Below are positions 58,629 through 64,000 of a DNA stretch of 64,000 nt, piece by piece. The position numbers and the translations under genes are program-made. Source of the stretch: Sedimentisphaerales bacterium (GTDB lineage: Bacteria; Planctomycetota; Phycisphaerae; Sedimentisphaerales; SM23-30); NCBI GenBank assembly GCA_963663965.2, contig CAXXFK010000030.1, positions 192,001-256,000 on the forward strand. The letters run 5' to 3'. How positions within the stretch are numbered: the stretch's first letter is position 1; the number at the start of each line of letters is the position of its first letter. The notes beneath the pieces are model-generated. The model made no database searches and was not told the DNA's origin. It saw nothing but the letters and a program-made list of their open reading frames with translations.

Positions 58629-59652
58629 ACGCATGGATCGGAGCGGTGATATTCTGGCGGGATTCTTCCGAGTGATCCAACGAGTCGAGGAACGCCGTTA
58701 CCAACCGTGGATCCATGGTGGTGCCGGCTTCCTTGATCATGATTTGTTTGGCTTCATGGTTTGACATGGAGTCACGATAGGGACGTTTGGTCGTTAAGGC
58801 ATCCCAGACATCGGCAATTTGAATGATCCTGGCCAGCAGAGGAGATTCTTCACCTTGCAGCCGGTCCGGATAGCCGCTGCCGTCATAATGTTCATGATGG
58901 TATTTAACCGCCAGCAGAATCCCTTCCAGCGCATCAACCGGTTCCAGCACTTTATATCCTTTTAGGGGGTGGGTTTTGATTTGCTCGAATTCCCAGTCGG
59001 TCAGTTTACCTTTTTTTAACAGGATTGCGTCAGGGATCCCGATTTTGCCAATATCATGAACCCGGCCGGCCCACTGGAGCAATTGCATCTCTAAAGGATC
59101 AAGCTGTATGAATTCACCCAGTTTACAGGCATAATACGCGACTCGTTCGGAGTGTCCGCTGGTATATTCATCCTTAGCTTCCATGGCCCGTACCAGCGAT
59201 GAAATGGTTTGCCGGTAAGCGGTTTCGAGTTTCTGTGAAACTTCTTCAGCCGATTTCAGGCGGAGAAAGACTTTGATTTTGGCCATCAGTTCATCGCCGT
59301 GAAACGGTTTGGTAATATAGTCTTCCGCCCCGGAATGATATCCGGCCAGTCGTTCAATCGTGGTTTTCTGGGATGAGATAAAGATGATTTTGGAATGGGG
59401 CAATTTACCGTTAATGCGAAGCTGTTTGCAGACTTCATACCCATCGATACCGGGCAGCACGATATCCAGCAGGATGATATCCGGATTAAAATTATCGGCC
59501 AGTTCCAACGCCTCTTCGCCCGTCGAGCAAATTTCCAGAATGTAATTGAGATGCAGCAATTCCGCCAGATAGATCTGGTTGGAGCGGCTGTCCTCGACAA
59601 TCAGGATTTTGGGTTTTGTCGAAGGTTGGGATGCTAACATTTGATTGATCAT
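58627..59652 (-). CDS. Response regulator with HD-GYP cyclic-di-GMP phosphodiesterase domain
   Basis: REC (ILIVED, LLD, KP) plus GHSERV, HDIGKIG, HHE.YDGSGYP, ADVWDALT..RPYR. Confidence 0.93.
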   Translation of the reverse strand: MINQMLASQPSTKPKILIVEDSRSNQIYLAELLHLNYILEICSTGEEALELADNFNPDIILLDIVLPGIDGYEVCKQLRINGKLPHSKIIFISSQKTTIERLAGYHSGAEDYITKPFHGDELMAKIKVFLRLKSAEEVSQKLETAYRQTISSLVRAMEAKDEYTSGHSERVAYYACKLGEFIQLDPLEMQLLQWAGRVHDIGKIGIPDAILLKKGKLTDWEFEQIKTHPLKGYKVLEPVDALEGILLAVKYHHEHYDGSGYPDRLQGEESPLLARIIQIADVWDALTTKRPYRDSMSNHEAKQIMIKEAGTTMDPRLVTAFLDSLDHSEESRQNITAPIHA

Positions 59653-59728
59653 AAGTCAGTCATTTTCTTCCGAAAATAATTCCTTGAAAACCGTAAGCCA
59701 ACCGAACCGTCTGTGGTCCTGGTTTCTG

Positions 59729-60832
59729 TCAGCTTTTCACCGGTGCAAGATCCTGGTAACATAATTTAACAATGGCCGGCGCTATTTCATTGAGTGGCAC
59801 GATTTTGTCAACGGCGCCTTTTTTGACGGCTTCTTTGGGCATGCCATACACCACACAGGATTTTTCATCCTGGGCGATGGTGAACGCGCCCGCCTCTTTC
59901 ATTTCGAGCATGCCCTGGGCGCCATCATCCCCCATCCCGGTCATAATCACTCCCACCGCATTGGCACCCAGATAATGGGCCGCCGAGCGAAACAGCACGT
60001 CAACCGAAGGACGGTGCCGCGTCACCAGCGGTCCTTCGCGAACTTCGACGAAATAACGGGCTCCGCTGCGTTTGATCAGCGTGTGAAAATTCCCCGGCGC
60101 GATTAACGCGCGCCCCTGGATAACACTATCATTATTCTGGGCTTCTTTGACGGTAATCTGGCAGCTTTCATTAAGCCGCTGGGCAAATGAAGCGGTGAAC
60201 TTTTCCGGCATGTGCTGCACAATGACAATACCCGGCGCATCCGGGGGAAGCGCTTCGAGAAAATCTTTCAAGGCTTCCGTGCCTCCTGTCGAGGCTCCGA
60301 CTACGACGACTTTTTCCGTTGTTTTGAGCATGGCCCTGGAAGTGGGGCGCGCGATCACGGCATCGGCCGTCAGCTTTTTCTGGACCGGCCGTGAAGCCCG
60401 CGCGATTGGACGCACTTTGGCCTGGGCGGCGGCTTTGACGGTATCGCAGATGAGGATGCGCGATTCTTCGAGAAATTTTTTGACGCCCATTTTCGGTTTG
60501 GTGATGATTTCGACCGCGCCGAACTCCATGGCCTTGAAGGTGGTTTCGCAATTCGATTCGGTCAGGCTCGAACACATGACGACCGGCACCGGATGCTGGC
60601 TCATCAGCTTTTGCAGGAAGGTGATGCCATCCATGCGCGGCATTTCAACATCCAGGGTAATGACATCCGGCTTATCTTTGCGTAATTTTTCCGCGGCGAT
60701 AAAGGGATCCGGGGCCGAGGCGATTACTTCAATATTCGGATCGGAATTGAGAATGTCGGTCAAAGCCTGACGCACAACGGCAGAATCATCAACGACTAAT
60801 ACTTTGATGGTGTTATTCATGGCTATTTTCAA
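59729..60832 (-). CDS. cheB: Chemotaxis response regulator protein-glutamate methylesterase
   Basis: REC plus [27 protein letters not shown]; start may be ATG 60820. Confidence 0.96.
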   Translation of the reverse strand: MKIAMNNTIKVLVVDDSAVVRQALTDILNSDPNIEVIASAPDPFIAAEKLRKDKPDVITLDVEMPRMDGITFLQKLMSQHPVPVVMCSSLTESNCETTFKAMEFGAVEIITKPKMGVKKFLEESRILICDTVKAAAQAKVRPIARASRPVQKKLTADAVIARPTSRAMLKTTEKVVVVGASTGGTEALKDFLEALPPDAPGIVIVQHMPEKFTASFAQRLNESCQITVKEAQNNDSVIQGRALIAPGNFHTLIKRSGARYFVEVREGPLVTRHRPSVDVLFRSAAHYLGANAVGVIMTGMGDDGAQGMLEMKEAGAFTIAQDEKSCVVYGMPKEAVKKGAVDKIVPLNEIAPAIVKLCYQDLAPVKS

Positions 60833-61707
60833 ATTCCTGTTTTTCTGAAGATGGTTGGAACAATACGTTCCAGGTCAACGTCGATCCCGCTTAATGTTTC
60901 AGAATGCCCCACGAATAAATAACCTCCCGGTTTGAGGTAGTGATATAATTTTTTGATCACTTTGCTTTTGGTGACATAGTCAAAGTAGATAATCACATTC
61001 CGGCAAAAGATCGCATCCATTTTCATGCCCAGATTATAATCGGGATCCATGAAATTCAGCCGGCCGAACGTGATTTTTTTACGTAATTCCGGGACCACGC
61101 GATAGTGACCCAGCTGGTGCCCTTTGCCCGCCATGAGGTATTTTTTTCGAAAAGGTTTCGGAATCGGGGCAATCAGCGCCTCCGGATAGACGGCCTGCCT
61201 GGCTTTTTTCAGGACTTTTATGGCGATATCGGTTGCCAGAATGGAATAATCGCCGGGTCGCTGGGAGAAAAAGTCCTCCAGGACCATCGCCAGGGTGTAG
61301 GGCTCTTCACCGGTCGAACACCCGGCGCTCCAGAACTGCAAATGCCCGTCTTTCTGGAAATGTCTGGTTTTAACGATATCAGGCAGCGCTTTCTGCGTCA
61401 GAAACGCAAAGTGATTGTCCTCACGGAAGAAATCCGTTTTGTTGGTGGTCACGGCATCGACCAGCGAGACCAATTCTCTAATGCGCAAATTGGCGTCATC
61501 CAGATAGCGCAGATAATCCTGAAACGACTGCAATCCCAGGGCTTTCAGGCGTTTGCCCAGGCGCGCTGACAGCATGGATCGTTTTTCGGGTTTTAAATGG
61601 ATACCACATTCATCGTAGATTAAGTCGATAAAAGTTGACAATTCACTATCGGTCAATAAGGGTATCAGATTGTCATAGGATGAATTACGCTGGATATTAT
61701 CAGGCAT
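60829..61707 (-). CDS. cheR: Chemotaxis methyltransferase
   Basis: [39 protein letters not shown]. Confidence 0.96.
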   Translation of the reverse strand: MPDNIQRNSSYDNLIPLLTDSELSTFIDLIYDECGIHLKPEKRSMLSARLGKRLKALGLQSFQDYLRYLDDANLRIRELVSLVDAVTTNKTDFFREDNHFAFLTQKALPDIVKTRHFQKDGHLQFWSAGCSTGEEPYTLAMVLEDFFSQRPGDYSILATDIAIKVLKKARQAVYPEALIAPIPKPFRKKYLMAGKGHQLGHYRVVPELRKKITFGRLNFMDPDYNLGMKMDAIFCRNVIIYFDYVTKSKVIKKLYHYLKPGGYLFVGHSETLSGIDVDLERIVPTIFRKTGI

Positions 61708-61725
61708 AAGCACTTTCCTGGAAAA

Positions 61726-62265
61726 TCAAGTTTCAAGTTCCGCTTCATCCGCCTCATCATCAGTCGGAAGCAGCGATGCGTTGGCGCCGATATCTTTTAA
61801 TGCAGACAGTTCTTCGGTGGACAATACCCGCTCGACATCGAGAATAATAATAAACAAATCATCGCGTTTGCCCATGCCTTTGATGAATTCGGTTTTCAGC
61901 CGGGCGCCAATTCGCGGCGGCGGTTCAATCTGACTGTCGTCGATTTCGAGCACTTCCTGTACCGAGTCCGCCAGGGCGCCGATCTGGATCAATTCGCCGT
62001 CCATTTCCACTTCGGTAATCACAATGCAGGTGTCCACGGTGCGTTCCCCGCTTTTCATGCCCAGAATCAGGCGCAGATCAATCACCGGCACGACATTGCC
62101 GCGCAGATTAATGACACCCAGCATGAAAGGAGGAGTGCGTGGAATCCGGGTGATCGTGGTAAAATCCAGCACTTCGCGCACATGTGAGATTTCCAGGGCG
62201 AAATCCTCCTGTGCCAGCGAAAAAGTCAGGTACTGATTCATTTCTATAGCTTGATCCGTTTGCAT
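61726..62265 (-). CDS. cheW: Chemotaxis coupling protein
   Basis: QYLTF.L, V.EV, GVINLRG.VVPVIDLR. Confidence 0.96.
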   Translation of the reverse strand: MQTDQAIEMNQYLTFSLAQEDFALEISHVREVLDFTTITRIPRTPPFMLGVINLRGNVVPVIDLRLILGMKSGERTVDTCIVITEVEMDGELIQIGALADSVQEVLEIDDSQIEPPPRIGARLKTEFIKGMGKRDDLFIIILDVERVLSTEELSALKDIGANASLLPTDDEADEAELET

Positions 62266-62288
62266 ACGATCTATCTCCTAAATTTGGA

Positions 62289-64000
62289 TTAATTGCGTTG
62301 AAAATCTTTGTCATCAATATCGTTGTCATCATCCAGATTCAAGTCGATGCCGGTATCAGGCCGCCCGGTCGCCAAAACAGGGATTTCCCGTTTGCGAGCG
62401 AATGAACCGGGTTCTGATTCCGCATCATCCTCTGCAACTGTTTGCCGGGAAAATCTGGAATCGGATTTTAACTGATCCGGCTGGTCGCTCAGTTTAAAGA
62501 AGGTGGTGACATTCAACAACTGATCGGCCTGGGCGGAGAATTCCTGGCTGGCAGAGGCGAGTTGCTCCGTCGAGGAACTGTTCTGTTGAACGACCTGATC
62601 CAGTTGGTGGATAGCCTGGGTGATCTGGTCGATCCCGGAAGCTTGTTCGCTGCTGGCGGCGTTGATTTCCTGAACCAGTTGAGCGGTCTTTTCGATACCG
62701 GGCACGATTTCATCCAGTAATTTACCGGCCTGCTCGGCAATCTCGACGCTATTGGTGGATAACGTGCTGATTTCCTGGGCGGCATTCTGACTGCGTTCGG
62801 CCAGTTTGCGTACTTCAGAGGCAACCACCGCGAAACCTTTGCCATGTTCGCCGGCCCGGGCCGCTTCAATGGCCGCGTTCAGCGCCAGCATATTGGTCTG
62901 GCGGGCGATTTCTTCGATAATATTGATCTTCTCGGCGATACTATTCATGGCTTTGACGGTTTCGGCCACCGATTCGCCGCCCATCTGGGCTTCGTTGGCG
63001 GCCTTTTCGGCAATGGCTGCGGTTTGCTGGGCGTTATCGGCGTTTTGACGGATGGTACTGCTCATTTCTTCCATCGAGCTGGAGATTTCTTCAATACTCG
63101 CCGCCTGTTCCGAGGCCCCCTGGGCCATCTGCTGAGTGGAGGAACTGATCTGTTCGCTGCCACTGGCGATCTGATTGGCCGCCGTTTGAACGTTGCGGGC
63201 AAAATCAGACAGTCTGTCGACCATGACAGAAATGGATTCCATCAATCGGTCATTGTCGGAACGTTTTTCCACAGTTTGATCGAGATCGCCATCGGCAATC
63301 TCTTTGGTTAAGGTGGCGATCTGATCGGTGGATTCAATGAGGCGATTGAGACTGGTCTTGATACGATTGAAATCGCCCTGATATTCTTCGACAATCAGAT
63401 CGGGTGATTCACCAATGGAGATCCGATCCAGATAACTGGATGTCACTTCGATCGGCTTGACAAACGATTCAATCAGTTGATTGATGCCCTGGATCAACTG
63501 GGCCCAGCCGCCGCCATAGCGATCGGCGTCGCCCCGTTGAGACAACTGGCCATTGCGGGCGGCATCCGTCAGGGTTTGGATTTCGTTAACAATCTGATCA
63601 ATGGTTTCGGCCATGCTGACCAATGCTTTGCCCAGTGTGTCGCGATCGGACAGGATACGCGGCCGGGCGGTCAGATCGCCACCGGCAAAGCGGCTGGCGC
63701 ATTCGGCGGTTTCCTTCAAATTGCCCGCCATTTGACCCACGGATTGCATGAGCTGGCCGATTTCATCGTCGCGTTGTTCGCCATTCTGAACCTCCAGATC
63801 ACCGCGGGCCAGGTTTTGAACCACGCCGACCAGATGCTGGATTGGTTGGACTATGCCTTTGGCGACCTGGAAAGCGGCGATTAAGGCCACGACCAGAATA
63901 CCGGCGGCAATGGCGATCGTTACCTTAATAATGTTGCTCAGACTGGCCAGCAGCCGGTCGGTTTCGTCACTGGCGGTATTGGTTTTCTGTTGGATGGTCT
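62289..64000 (-). CDS. Methyl-accepting chemotaxis protein (5' end outside the window)
   Basis: TM helix, multiple HAMP domains, [40 protein letters not shown]; frame open to the window edge. Confidence 0.95.
   Translation of the reverse strand, partial: TIQQKTNTASDETDRLLASLSNIIKVTIAIAAGILVVALIAAFQVAKGIVQPIQHLVGVVQNLARGDLEVQNGEQRDDEIGQLMQSVGQMAGNLKETAECASRFAGGDLTARPRILSDRDTLGKALVSMAETIDQIVNEIQTLTDAARNGQLSQRGDADRYGGGWAQLIQGINQLIESFVKPIEVTSSYLDRISIGESPDLIVEEYQGDFNRIKTSLNRLIESTDQIATLTKEIADGDLDQTVEKRSDNDRLMESISVMVDRLSDFARNVQTAANQIASGSEQISSSTQQMAQGASEQAASIEEISSSMEEMSSTIRQNADNAQQTAAIAEKAANEAQMGGESVAETVKAMNSIAEKINIIEEIARQTNMLALNAAIEAARAGEHGKGFAVVASEVRKLAERSQNAAQEISTLSTNSVEIAEQAGKLLDEIVPGIEKTAQLVQEINAASSEQASGIDQITQAIHQLDQVVQQNSSSTEQLASASQEFSAQADQLLNVTTFFKLSDQPDQLKSDSRFSRQTVAEDDAESEPGSFARKREIPVLATGRPDTGIDLNLDDDNDIDDKDFQRN

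Noticed and set aside
43743..63884. Long antisense ORFs over thiG, the helicase, SPFH, secDF, kdsA and che genes
   Set aside because: Shadow ORFs of GC-rich coding sequence opposite well-supported genes.

Overview
Bacterial chromosomal window, most likely a Planctomycetota/Phycisphaerae (Sedimentisphaerales-like) organism. This is inferred from the PEP-CTERM proteins, dockerin-like DFA...W motifs and a large fused SecDF, not from a database search. Housekeeping or core-like genes: xerD, an MBL hydrolase, thiS-thiG, a DinG helicase, NfeD/SPFH, LysM, yajC-secDF, a sigma-70 factor, kdsA, a porin and a che cluster. Four accessory blocks stand out. (1) 3.4-13.5 kb: a compact, intact 12-gene phage-structural operon (portal, scaffold, DUF5309-like capsid, adaptor and baseplate/fibre-like genes) with no recognisable terminase, tail tube, tape measure, integrase, replication or lysis genes, so a candidate domesticated GTA-like particle. 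(2) 16.1-19.6 kb: three tandem cassettes of [orphan gene 3' end + PEP-CTERM gene + terminator], each PEP-CTERM gene carrying a poly-G tract (G13 in frame, G14 frameshifted, G11 in frame); copy 2 is mosaic. (3) 25.5-38.1 kb: co-oriented unrelated genes punctuated by REP-like repeats around a RAYT HUH transposase, plus a deleted RAYT copy, a MITE and a gene bracketed by a 44-bp direct repeat. (4) 38.1-43.1 kb: an AT-rich coupled pair of an HD-domain gene and a double KaiC-like ATPase fused to a solute-binding-like domain. No rRNA, tRNA, CRISPR array or reverse transcriptase was seen. All product calls come from motif recognition by eye.
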